A DNA stretch of 23,268 bases, from assembly GCA_964450845.1 (NCBI GenBank), contig CAYVGZ010000013.1, positions 1 to 23,268 of the forward strand, read 5' to 3'. This document shows positions 1 to 8,394 of this stretch, piece by piece. A program made the position numbers and the translations under genes. This DNA is from an uncultured Candidatus Bathyarchaeia archaeon. GTDB lineage: Archaea; Thermoproteota; Bathyarchaeia; Bathyarchaeales; Bathycorpusculaceae. The notes under the pieces were generated by a model. That model searched no databases, was not told where the DNA came from, and saw nothing but the letters and a program-made list of their open reading frames with translations. Each line of letters begins with the position of its first letter. Within the stretch, counting starts at the first letter, position 1.

Positions 1-65
1 CTCCTCCAACACCGCCTGGAGGCATGCCGCCAGGCGCTGGGTATCCAGGTGCTGGAGAGTACTAG
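1..65 (+). CDS. 3' end of a gene running in from the left edge; Gly/Pro/Met-rich tail PPTPPGGMPPGAGYPGAGEY*, probably a thermosome (group II chaperonin) subunit
   Basis: Manual translation of frame 3 ends in TAG at 63-65. A low-complexity GGM/GP tail is typical of chaperonin C-termini. Only 20 codons are visible. Confidence 0.45.
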   Translation, partial: PPTPPGGMPPGAGYPGAGEY

Positions 66-68
66 CAT

Positions 69-329
69 ACGTCTGAAAAAGAGAAGAGAATTTCAATAGG
101 TCCGCCTAAGCTTACCCGATTCGAAAAAGCAAGAATAGTAGGAGCGAGGGCTCTTCAAATATCTATGGGTGCCCCGATACTTGTTGAGGTGTCTGAAGGG
201 TTTTCAAGCCCAATAGATATAGCATTAAAGGAACTTGATGCCGCGATTCTACCGATGACTATCAGAAGGACGTTGCCTGATGATACCTACCAAGATATTC
301 CCTTGAAATGGCTTATGCAAGAAGAATAG
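69..329 (+). CDS. rpoK: DNA-directed RNA polymerase subunit K (Rpo6), about 86 aa; start codon uncertain (ACG at 69)
   Basis: Manual translation (absent from the ORF track): [38 protein letters not shown]...PIDIALKEL...[10 protein letters not shown]. The [22 protein letters not shown] signature is diagnostic for Rpo6. Stop TAG at 327-329. Confidence 0.95.
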   Translation, partial: TSEKEKRISIGPPKLTRFEKARIVGARALQISMGAPILVEVSEGFSSPIDIALKELDAAILPMTIRRTLPDDTYQDIPLKWLMQEE

Positions 330-338
330 GCTAGTTTT

Positions 339-824
339 TTACTTCTTGTTTATGTTCCTCAAGTTTTCCTTTGCCGCTTCAAGTGTTTTTCTGATTTTGG
401 TCCAGTGAGCTCCTTGCCAGTATATTTGCCCACATTTTGGGCACTCCCAAAACTCGTTGTAGTTTGAAAATGTGCTTTTCTTAACTTTGTCCCCCACCTT
501 TTCTTTTGATGTTGGTTTTACTCGACTGTTGCATTTTGTGCATCTCGATGTTGCCATATCTATGTCCAATTTGATGTTGAATCTTTTTGCAATGTGTGCA
601 AGTTTTTCTGCTTCCGTTTTTCCCTCTAAGTAAAAGGCGTTGACTCCTTTTGCTGTTGCTTGCTGATAAAGCTCTAAATCCCTTGTAAGCAAAATTCTTC
701 GCTCTTTTTTTGCAATTGCGATTAGCTGGGCATCATCCAGTTTATTTGAGTATTCTATGTCATGCCCTAACATGCGAAGCCAGCGTGTCAGTTTTCCAAG
801 CATACCATCGGCAATGAACTTCAA
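339..824 (-). CDS. Mut7-C RNase domain protein (PIN-like fold plus Zn ribbon)
   Basis: KFIADGMLGKLTRWLRMLGHD, RILLTRD, RCTKCN and ECPKCGQIYWQGAHW motifs; TTG start. Confidence 0.9.
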   Translation of the reverse strand: MKFIADGMLGKLTRWLRMLGHDIEYSNKLDDAQLIAIAKKERRILLTRDLELYQQATAKGVNAFYLEGKTEAEKLAHIAKRFNIKLDIDMATSRCTKCNSRVKPTSKEKVGDKVKKSTFSNYNEFWECPKCGQIYWQGAHWTKIRKTLEAAKENLRNINKK

Positions 825-826
825 AG

Positions 827-2167
827 TTATTCTCTCCGAATTATTTTCCCGCTTCCATGTTTAGCGACTATTTCTCCATCGCTCATGATTAATTGACCGT
901 TGACGAACGTTTTAACTGGTTTTCCTTCAACAGTCCACTGGTCAAAAGGAGAGTATTTCGCTTTCGAGTGAAATTGTAAAGCATCAATTTTGTATTTTCT
1001 GTTTAAATCCACAATGGTTAGGTCTGCACTGTTTCCCTCTCTCAAGCAACCTTTACCCTTTAACCTAAAAATTTCAGCAGGCTTTTCCGCCATCAGTCTA
1101 ACAACATCTGCAATTGACAAACGTCCACGTTTAACTTCTGTCAGCATCAGTGGAAGAGTTGTTTCCAAGTTTGGTATGCCAACCTTAACGTCCCAAACAA
1201 CTTTCGCCTTTTTCTCCTCTATGGTGTGAGGTGCGTGGTCTGAAGAAAAAACGTCAATCCAGCCATTTCTTACTCCGCCCCAGAGGGCTTCTGCATGATG
1301 TTTTTCTCGAACAGGCGGCATGGTCAGTGCTAATGTTCCTGTCTTTTCTAAGTCGTCGACCGATAGTAATAGGTGATGAGGTGTCGCTTCACAAGTTATT
1401 GGCATCTCAGATTTTTTTCCATCAACTATGGCTTTTAATCCATCTTCTGTGCTCACGTGGCAAAAATGCAAATGCACGTTAGTTTGCTCGGCTATGTTAA
1501 GTAGGCGTTTTATAGCTTTAACTTCGACGTTTTCTGAATGTGCCTTTAAAAACGCTTCAATGTTGTTGTGGTTAGCGCCTTTAAGTTCGTCTTCAGCTTT
1601 TTTCAACATTTTTTTGTCTTCTGCGTGAACAGCCACTAAAATCTTCATTCCGCTCAAAACGTTGAACGCTTCTACCAAAGCTTGGTCGTCATCAATGTTC
1701 AATCCGCCAACCTGTTCAGTCATAAATAGTTTAAAAGCCACAGCGCCTTCTTCAACAATATCCTTTATCTCTTTCATACCATTTGGAAATTCAGAGTAAA
1801 AGCCAACGTTAACCAAAATTTTCTTTCTTGCATTTTCAATTCGATTTCCTAAGGTTTCAGCGCTCATTGTTACAGGGTCATTGTTGGGCATGTCCAAAAC
1901 TGTCGTTATTCCGCCTGCTGCTGCGGCTGCTGTGCCACTGTAAAAGTCCTCTTTGTAGGCTTTTCCTTCATCTCGCAAATGCACATGAGCGTCTATTAAA
2001 CCCGGCAGGACTAGAAGATTCTTTAAATCTATTTTTGTGTCTGCCTTGGGCATACTTGCTTCTTTGTCCATTTTAAAAATTTTGCCTTGATCGATTGCCA
2101 AGCTACAGTCTACTATTTCTTTATTTACGTAGGCTTTCGTGTTATTCAGAACCAAGTCTACAATCAA
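827..2167 (-). CDS. pyrC: Dihydroorotase (amidohydrolase superfamily, type I)
   Basis: PGLIDAHVHLRD, GTAAAAAGGITTVLDMPN, HAED, HFCHVST, SDHAPH and KYSPF motifs; pyrF is in the same window. Confidence 0.85.
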   Translation of the reverse strand: MIVDLVLNNTKAYVNKEIVDCSLAIDQGKIFKMDKEASMPKADTKIDLKNLLVLPGLIDAHVHLRDEGKAYKEDFYSGTAAAAAGGITTVLDMPNNDPVTMSAETLGNRIENARKKILVNVGFYSEFPNGMKEIKDIVEEGAVAFKLFMTEQVGGLNIDDDQALVEAFNVLSGMKILVAVHAEDKKMLKKAEDELKGANHNNIEAFLKAHSENVEVKAIKRLLNIAEQTNVHLHFCHVSTEDGLKAIVDGKKSEMPITCEATPHHLLLSVDDLEKTGTLALTMPPVREKHHAEALWGGVRNGWIDVFSSDHAPHTIEEKKAKVVWDVKVGIPNLETTLPLMLTEVKRGRLSIADVVRLMAEKPAEIFRLKGKGCLREGNSADLTIVDLNRKYKIDALQFHSKAKYSPFDQWTVEGKPVKTFVNGQLIMSDGEIVAKHGSGKIIRRE

Positions 2168-2216
2168 GTTAGCCGCTCTCTTGTTACTGGAATAACGTTG
2201 AGTATGTGTTAAAAGT

Positions 2217-3125
2217 TTATTCTATTATCTTGAAGAAGTCTCTCTCGGTTATTATACCCACTAGTTTTTCTTTTTCGATAACAGGTACTGCGCCTATATT
2301 TTTGTCATGCATTATTTTTGCTGCTTGACCTACGTCTGCGTTTGGAGTTGTTGTTGAAACATTCTTTGTTGCTATTTCCAATGCAGGCGTGTTCAAAACC
2401 TGAATTATGGTTCCAGACTGCAGATATTTGAAGACACTTCCAGAACCGAAAAACCGTATAATATCCATAGTTGTTATTATGCCTATTACTTTACCGTCAG
2501 AAATTATTGGCAATCTTCTGAACCCCTGCGTTGTCATCGTCCTTTCGGCTTCAAATATTGTTGTTTTGGATAAGGCTGTGATTACTTTTTCTGACATTAC
2601 CTGAGAAACCTTTATGCCGCTTATTCTGTCTGCAAAAAGGTTTGCAATGTCCCTCTCTGTGATTATTGCTCTTACACGGTTTTCATCGTCAACTACTGGC
2701 AAACCGCCAAGATTTTTCACTTTCATTAACTCTATTGCTTCACTTATTTTTGCAGAAACCTTAACTGAAACAACATTTTTGGTCATTACAAGTCTGATAG
2801 GCTCGTTTATGGCTTTGAAAAAGTTTCCGCCAAATCTCTGTTCAATTATTTCAAATTTTTTCCCACCGCCAAGGTAGTCTATTATGTCTGTTGCTGTTAT
2901 GATTCCTTCTAGTGCTTTCGTTCCCGGGTTGGCAATTGGTATTCGACGGAATCCTTCTTTAGCCATTATTTGTATTGCATCATAAATGGGTGTGGTGGGC
3001 GCCATTGTTACAACAGAGGCTTTTGCAATCTGAATTATTTCGCCTTCACGTTTCTTCGAAGGATGAACTTTCAGAGAAAGCTGACCCTTTCCCTTTAATG
3101 TCCTTCTAAATGTTTCCCTACTCAT
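2217..3125 (-). CDS. CBS-domain protein (4 CBS repeats)
   Basis: Repeated FRRIP/LP, GGLPVVD, GIITERD and IGAVPV motifs. Confidence 0.9.
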   Translation of the reverse strand: MSRETFRRTLKGKGQLSLKVHPSKKREGEIIQIAKASVVTMAPTTPIYDAIQIMAKEGFRRIPIANPGTKALEGIITATDIIDYLGGGKKFEIIEQRFGGNFFKAINEPIRLVMTKNVVSVKVSAKISEAIELMKVKNLGGLPVVDDENRVRAIITERDIANLFADRISGIKVSQVMSEKVITALSKTTIFEAERTMTTQGFRRLPIISDGKVIGIITTMDIIRFFGSGSVFKYLQSGTIIQVLNTPALEIATKNVSTTTPNADVGQAAKIMHDKNIGAVPVIEKEKLVGIITERDFFKIIE

Positions 3126-3134
3126 ATTTTTCCC

Positions 3135-3920
3135 TCATTTAACAAGCAATCTGACAATATCTTCCCGGTCAACTATGCCAACTAACCTGCGTTTTTCATT
3201 TTTAACGGGGATTCTTCCAATATTTTTTGAAACCATGATTTTGGCAACTTCGCTTACTTTTGTAGATGGTTCCACCGCTATTACTTCTGTCTTCATTATT
3301 GAAGAAATTTTGGAGGAAGCCCGAAAACGTCCCTTTGCAGATTCGAATGTTGGCAACGTAGCTCCGCTTTCAAGAAGGTCTTTCTGTGTGACCATGCCTA
3401 CTAGCCTATCTTTTTTTACGACTGGTAGTCCGGCGATGGATTTAGTCTGCATTAGACGCCAAATGTTATCAACTTCGTCTTCGGGAGAACACACCTCAAC
3501 GTTCTTGGACATTATTTCTGAGACTGGTTTCGCAAGTTTTCCCGAGTTTGTTTTAATCGAAGCGTCAATAAAGTTTTCTAAGCCCAAAACTCCCATGTAA
3601 ATTCTTTCTTGATGAGAGTTTACGACTGGTATGTACCATTCGTCTAGTCGAATCATCTCTTTGACTGTTGAAGTAGCTTCATCATCTATCACTGCTATAT
3701 GTTTTGGGTTCACCATTATGCCTTTGACTCTTATTGGCGATACAGAAGAGGAAATAATCATTACATTGCCGCGGGAAACTGTGCCTAAAACTTTTTTGTT
3801 TCCGTCTACTACTGGAAGAATTCTTAAAGAGAAATCACGTATTATTGCTCGAGCTTTTGTTGCAAGCTCATCCTCATAGATAAACGGGTGCTTTTGATTC
3901 GTAATCTCCTTAACACGCAA
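3135..3920 (-). CDS. CBS-domain protein (4 CBS repeats); likely TTG start at 3920
   Basis: LRILPVVD, AGLPVV, GMVTQKDLL, IGRIPV and GIVDREDIV motifs; GAGGCGG Shine-Dalgarno (SD)-like site before TTG 3920 (the ORF track starts it at 3935). Confidence 0.9.
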   Translation of the reverse strand: MRVKEITNQKHPFIYEDELATKARAIIRDFSLRILPVVDGNKKVLGTVSRGNVMIISSSVSPIRVKGIMVNPKHIAVIDDEATSTVKEMIRLDEWYIPVVNSHQERIYMGVLGLENFIDASIKTNSGKLAKPVSEIMSKNVEVCSPEDEVDNIWRLMQTKSIAGLPVVKKDRLVGMVTQKDLLESGATLPTFESAKGRFRASSKISSIMKTEVIAVEPSTKVSEVAKIMVSKNIGRIPVKNEKRRLVGIVDREDIVRLLVK

Positions 3921-3931
3921 ACAACCGCCTC

Positions 3932-4519
3932 TCATTCTTCAACTTCTAACTCGCTGCTGCAATCTTCGCAGAGAAATTCTCCATTAACTTCTTTCAAGTC
4001 GTCAGACCAACTTCCGCAACGGTCGCAGTATCCTGTTGTGGGTGCTGATTCTTCCGTTGCCTCTTGAGCCCTGTTTTCCCCCTCTATGAGGGCGTTCTCT
4101 TGGATGGTTTCAAGCAGTTCTGGCATGACTGCCAGAATGTCTTTGCTTGAGAGCAATCCGATGAGTTGACCTTTGTATGTGACTCCAAGCCTTCTGATGT
4201 TTAACCTGCTCATTCTTCTGGCGGCTTCGCTTATTGTTTCGTCAGGTTCTACTGTGATTAGGGGCGATGTCATTACTTCTTTGGCTTTAAGTGCATCTGG
4301 TTTGACATTTTTGGCTAGGACTCTTCCAACCAGGTCTCTTTCTGTGATGATTCCAAGGGGTTTTGCGCCTTTTCCTGTTACTATTATGCAGCCAAGACCG
4401 TGTTTGTCCATGAGTTCTGCAACGGTGTTTGCTGGTGCGGTTTCTTGGGTAGTTATGACTGGGCTACTCATAACATCTTTAACCAGCAATCTAGACGATC
4501 TTAATCCAATGTCTGACAT
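3932..4519 (-). CDS. CBS-pair protein with C-terminal Zn finger (CDRC...CEDC); start probably ATG 4519, ORF extends to 4591
   Basis: VKDVMSSPVIT, GIITERDLV, IRRLGV, GYCDRCGSW and FLCEDC motifs. Confidence 0.88.
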   Translation of the reverse strand: MSDIGLRSSRLLVKDVMSSPVITTQETAPANTVAELMDKHGLGCIIVTGKGAKPLGIITERDLVGRVLAKNVKPDALKAKEVMTSPLITVEPDETISEAARRMSRLNIRRLGVTYKGQLIGLLSSKDILAVMPELLETIQENALIEGENRAQEATEESAPTTGYCDRCGSWSDDLKEVNGEFLCEDCSSELEVEE

Positions 4520-4700
4520 TGTCTCAACCACTTGAAAGATATATACCTCGTTAGGTTTTACTTTACTCAACTCAAAAGAAACACCCGACATTTAAAACTT
4601 GTTATGTCCATGAAATACAATACTTCGCTAAACCAAGTGAAATCTTGTTAACTTCGGTCAGTTAAAGCCAATATTGCTTTAATCCTGAAGTTAAGAGCAG

Positions 4701-4710
4701 ATATATAAGG
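4701..4710 (+). promoter_or_regulatory. Probable TATA box (ATATATAAGG) of rps26e
   Basis: TATA-like element about 46 nt upstream of the GTG start; AAGGAG SD at 4741-4746. Confidence 0.5.
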
Positions 4711-4755
4711 TAGCGGTTGCACTATTTGGTGTTAGATTTAAAGGAGTTAATTGTC

Positions 4756-5046
4756 GTGCCGTTTAAGCGGAAAAGTCGTGGAAGGTCAAAAGGCAGTAAG
4801 GGCAGCAGCGGCGTTGTTCAGTGTGCTATGTGCGGGCAGTTGGTGCCTCGGGATAAGGCTAAAAAGGTTACTAGTAGAAAATCGCTCGTTGATCCACAGC
4901 TAGCCAAGGAGCTTCGTCAGAAAGGCACTTATTTGTCTTCTTGGGTTGACACAAAATATTATTGTGTTTCGTGTGCTGTGCACAGGGGTATTGTGAAGGT
5001 TAGGGCTCGAGACGAAAGGCGTACGCGTCCAAGACGGAGATTTTAG
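4756..5046 (+). CDS. rps26e: 30S ribosomal protein S26e (eS26); GTG start at 4756
   Basis: PFKRKSRGRSKG, QCAMCGQLVPRDKAKK and YCVSCAVHRGIVKVR motifs; AAGGAG SD 9 nt upstream. Confidence 0.95.
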   Translation: MPFKRKSRGRSKGSKGSSGVVQCAMCGQLVPRDKAKKVTSRKSLVDPQLAKELRQKGTYLSSWVDTKYYCVSCAVHRGIVKVRARDERRTRPRRRF

Positions 5047-5053
5047 TTTTCAG

Positions 5054-5677
5054 TTAATTTCCCTGTTTCTTTAGTTTTTTATACGCGTATAAGCCCCTTT
5101 GTAGGACTGTTAGGTTTGAAAGTATCGCGAGCAAGATTATTCCTGCGTTAATTGCTGTTTCTGGTTGCCAAAAAAATGCTACGAGGCTTGCTACGGCTAG
5201 TATGATCATGCGTTCTGCTCTTTCCGCTAGCCCTATTGACTCCATTTTTACTCCTGCTGCTTCTGCTCTAGCACGGCTATAGCTCACCAGCAAAGAACCA
5301 GTTAAGGCTATCAAACCCCACAATGCATTGCACAATCCACCCACAATCACGCCCATGTAAACAACAGCGTCTGCGTACCTATCCCCTAGAGAGTCTAGAA
5401 AACCGCCGAACGTTGTTGTTTGTTGATAGAGTCTTGCTAGTACGCCGTCTAGGGCGTCACAGAACCCAGATAGTAGGAGCAAAGCGGCTGCAATCAGAAG
5501 ATAATAGGGACGGTTTTGCCATTCTGCATATGTTAGGGCTGATAAAAAAGCTAAGATTATGCCTATTGCGCTGATAGCGTTGGGTGTTAATCCTATTTTG
5601 TGGGCTGCTTTTGCTTCTGTTGTAAGCGTTTGCTGAACTTTTTCCTTAAGTTTTGTCAGCATGGGGTTTTCTCTCAA
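5054..5677 (-). CDS. CDP-alcohol phosphatidyltransferase (archaetidylinositol phosphate synthase-like)
   Basis: DALDGVLAR...GGFLDSLGDRYAD signature; SLLVSYSRARAEAAG and ERAER motifs; hydrophobic helices. Confidence 0.9.
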   Translation of the reverse strand: MRENPMLTKLKEKVQQTLTTEAKAAHKIGLTPNAISAIGIILAFLSALTYAEWQNRPYYLLIAAALLLLSGFCDALDGVLARLYQQTTTFGGFLDSLGDRYADAVVYMGVIVGGLCNALWGLIALTGSLLVSYSRARAEAAGVKMESIGLAERAERMIILAVASLVAFFWQPETAINAGIILLAILSNLTVLQRGLYAYKKLKKQGN

Positions 5678-5744
5678 TTTTATGTTAGCAATTGTTATTT
5701 AAGTTGGATGTGTAATGATAAGTTTGCTATGAAAGGTGTTTAGC

Positions 5745-6038
5745 ATGATTAGCATTACTTCCCTGAAGGTTGACGGCAAAGCTTGTTTGGGAGTGAGGGT
5801 TGAGCTTCCCGATTCGCCTCCGTTGCTCCTTATAATTGCGGAGAAAGGGTTTGTTATGTGTGGTTTTTTGAATGTTGAAGCCGCTGAGAGACTTGGAATA
5901 GCGACTGCGATGGTTAGCGGAGTTAAAACCTTTGATGATGTGCTGGAGGCGCAAGTTAAAGCCCTAACTAGTAAAGCGAAGAGTTTTGGCGTAGAAGTTG
6001 GAATGAAAGGGACTGAAGCGTTAAAGCATATGTTTTAA
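5745..6038 (+). CDS. YunC/DUF1805 family protein; ATG 5745 likely
   Basis: LLLIIAEKGFVMCGFLNVEAAERLG, VSGVKTFDDVL and GMKGTEAL motifs; AAAGGTG SD at 5732-5738. Confidence 0.85.
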   Translation: MISITSLKVDGKACLGVRVELPDSPPLLLIIAEKGFVMCGFLNVEAAERLGIATAMVSGVKTFDDVLEAQVKALTSKAKSFGVEVGMKGTEALKHMF

Positions 6039-6065
6039 AGGGACTTTCTCTTCGTGTAGCTCTAG

Positions 6066-6087
6066 CCCCCTTATATATAGGTTCAAC
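6066..6087 (+). repeat. Copy 1 of a 22-bp intergenic motif CCCCCTTATATATAGGTTCAAC (probable TATA-containing promoter of udg)
   Basis: 21/22 identical to the reverse complement of 13396-13417. Confidence 0.75.
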
Positions 6088-6116
6088 TTGAGTTTCTGCG
6101 AAGGAAGGATGTTGTT

Positions 6117-6725
6117 TTGTCTAAGAAGGAGCTTTTAGATGCCGTCGCCAAAGAAGTAGTAATTTGTGTTAAATGCCCGCTTTGGAAAAATCGCAAGAAG
6201 GCAGTCCCAGGTGAAGGCAGTCCAGAAAGTCAAATTATGTTTATCGGTGAAGCGCCGGGGCAATCGGAAGACTTCGAAGGGAAACCCTTCGTGGGCGCTG
6301 CTGGAAAATTCCTTGAAACACTGCTTTCCGAAATCGGCTTATCAAGAAACGACGTATTCATATGCAACATCGTCAAGTGCAGACCGCCTAGAAACCGTGA
6401 ACCCATGCCTAACGAAATTCAAACATGCGCACCCTATTTAGACAGACAAATAAAAATCATAAAGCCAAAATTCATCATCACCCTTGGAAATTATTCAACA
6501 GCCTACATCTTCTCAAAAGCTAATCTAGCCTTTAACGGCATAACGCGTGCCCGTGGAAAATTTTATGAATCAAGCATTTTAGACATGCAAATAGCAATCT
6601 TTCCAACATTTCACCCAGCCGCAGCCCTCTACAGCGCAAAATATAGAGAACAAATAGCAAAAGATTTTCAGCTTTTAAGAGACGAACTCGCAAAAAGAGG
6701 GATTGTTAAGCAGCAATTTTCTTAA
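6117..6725 (+). CDS. udg: Uracil-DNA glycosylase, family 4 (4Fe-4S)
   Basis: CVKCPL, MFIGEAPGQSED...PFVGAAG, ICNIVKCRPPRNREP, C in EIQTCAPYL, and TFHPAAALY motifs. Confidence 0.95.
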   Translation: MSKKELLDAVAKEVVICVKCPLWKNRKKAVPGEGSPESQIMFIGEAPGQSEDFEGKPFVGAAGKFLETLLSEIGLSRNDVFICNIVKCRPPRNREPMPNEIQTCAPYLDRQIKIIKPKFIITLGNYSTAYIFSKANLAFNGITRARGKFYESSILDMQIAIFPTFHPAAALYSAKYREQIAKDFQLLRDELAKRGIVKQQFS

Positions 6726-7623
6726 CAGATTTTATATCTTTTAGGAGTTCTTCGGCGCTTTCGTAGACTTTTGAAGCTAAATCAGTCAAAAACGTGTCAA
6801 GTCTAGCTTGTTTTCCTTCAGCAACCTCTACAAGTCTCCAACCAACCTTTTTAATTAGCATATTTTTGGAAGCCGGATACTGTGTTTTCGCAACAACTTC
6901 CCTCATAGAAGCTAATCCTATAGCATCTGTGATTCTGGGAAAAACTCCCTTAGACAAATATTCCATAAACCGCTTTGCATCTTCAAACATTGAAAGATTG
7001 TTAAAGAGAACATAAACGCGTTTTCCGCCCTTCTCATAAGGCGTAACAAGCTCCTTTAGCCTTTGCAGTTCTGCATCACTGTATTGATAATAATACATTT
7101 TTTTCCCTAAACCGTGAAGCCTAATGTAGGCTATTTCGCCTGTGTAGGCTGGCGTAATCCTAAACGGGTCAGTAACATGCGTAACATCCAATTTTTCCAG
7201 AACCTGTCCAAGCCTTTTGTAGGCTTCATTGGTTTCCCAAGCCTGTCCACGGGTCTCCCAAACCAAAACCAAACCTTCACGGTTTACTTCTCTGAAAAAC
7301 TTTTCAGCTTCTCCAAGCCTATCCGGTCCAAAAGAGCCTGGCGTTTGGATAAGCAGTATCTTTGAGTTTAAAGCCTTACAGATTTGCTTCATAAGTTCAA
7401 AGGCTTGAAGGCTTGCTTCCTCAACGTTCATTTTTGCTTTGTGGCTTATGTCTTTATGCGCTTTAACAGTAAACTCGAAATTTTCTGAAGCTTTCGTACG
7501 CCAGCCCTCAACCGTCTTCTCCCGCGGATACTGGTAAAAGGTGCTGTTCAGCTCCACTAGGCTGAAATCTTCAAAATATCTCTTCATAGAGGTTGGAAAA
7601 CCGCAACACCCAACCCTAATCAT
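6706..7623 (-). CDS. DUF72 (YecE-like TIM barrel) protein with about 70-aa C-terminal extension
   Basis: IRVGCCGF, VELNSTFY, FEFTVKA, LIQTP, YIRLHG, Y.YSDAEL and VYVLFNN motifs. Confidence 0.88.
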   Translation of the reverse strand: MIRVGCCGFPTSMKRYFEDFSLVELNSTFYQYPREKTVEGWRTKASENFEFTVKAHKDISHKAKMNVEEASLQAFELMKQICKALNSKILLIQTPGSFGPDRLGEAEKFFREVNREGLVLVWETRGQAWETNEAYKRLGQVLEKLDVTHVTDPFRITPAYTGEIAYIRLHGLGKKMYYYQYSDAELQRLKELVTPYEKGGKRVYVLFNNLSMFEDAKRFMEYLSKGVFPRITDAIGLASMREVVAKTQYPASKNMLIKKVGWRLVEVAEGKQARLDTFLTDLASKVYESAEELLKDIKSVKKIAA

Positions 7624-7629
7624 GTAAAG

Positions 7630-8382
7630 TCACCCTTTTGTCGCAACTAGAAGGAAGTCGGTTGGTAAGAGAGGAAACCGCTTTTTTTCTTGTTCCACAT
7701 AGTATTCCTCTACACAATCAATACGGAACTCACCTCGAATTGCCGCATTAATGATGTCACTGAGCTTCCAACGAAACTCAACGGACGGCGGCGTATCTCC
7801 TTCTGTTTGGCAAATTTCAGGACGCTGGTCAAAATAGCTTCGCCTAAAGGTCACCTTCCCATCCTTCTCATCTGTGATGATCGAGAGTGGATGAAAATCC
7901 GAAACAATGAGCTTGCCATCCCTTTTCAAAACTCTATATGCATTCCTCATCCAAACATCCAAGTCTGCTATCCAGATGAAAATGCCGCATTCGGTGACAG
8001 CCAAATCAAAGTGATTATCGGGGATACTCTTAGGAAGATTTTGCCAATCTGCCTCAACCAAATTCACGTCAACACCACAATATGCAGCAGCCTCTCTTGC
8101 AAACTGAATCTGCTCACTTGAAAAGTCAACACCAGTAACAACTGCGCCTTTCTTCGCGCAAGCCAGCATCACTAGACCATCACCAAACTGAGGCACAATG
8201 ATTCTCTTTCCCTTAATATGCTTCAGATAGGGTCCTAATTTTGGTTCCCACTTTTCAAGATAGGGAGCACCATCTCTAATTTGCCTAAACATATCCACCT
8301 TGTTAACCCGCTCACGCTTAGCTATAGCATCCCAGTGTCGCTTATTTATCCAAATATAGTCCTTAGGAATTTCAGATTGCAC
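7630..8382 (-). CDS. Class I SAM-dependent methyltransferase, substrate unknown
   Basis: GAVVTGVDFS, FDLAVT and LKRDGKLIVSDFHP motifs; motif I is degenerate (PQFGDG). Confidence 0.85.
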   Translation of the reverse strand: MQSEIPKDYIWINKRHWDAIAKRERVNKVDMFRQIRDGAPYLEKWEPKLGPYLKHIKGKRIIVPQFGDGLVMLACAKKGAVVTGVDFSSEQIQFAREAAAYCGVDVNLVEADWQNLPKSIPDNHFDLAVTECGIFIWIADLDVWMRNAYRVLKRDGKLIVSDFHPLSIITDEKDGKVTFRRSYFDQRPEICQTEGDTPPSVEFRWKLSDIINAAIRGEFRIDCVEEYYVEQEKKRFPLLPTDFLLVATKG

Positions 8383-8394
8383 CTCCTTTGCCCT

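Noticed and set aside
41-90. A BHB intron whose removal would create the missing rpoK ATG
   Set aside because: I tested registers around the TGCTGG/CTAGCA hairpin and the AT|G joins; no complementary 4-bp central helix with 3-nt bulges was found.
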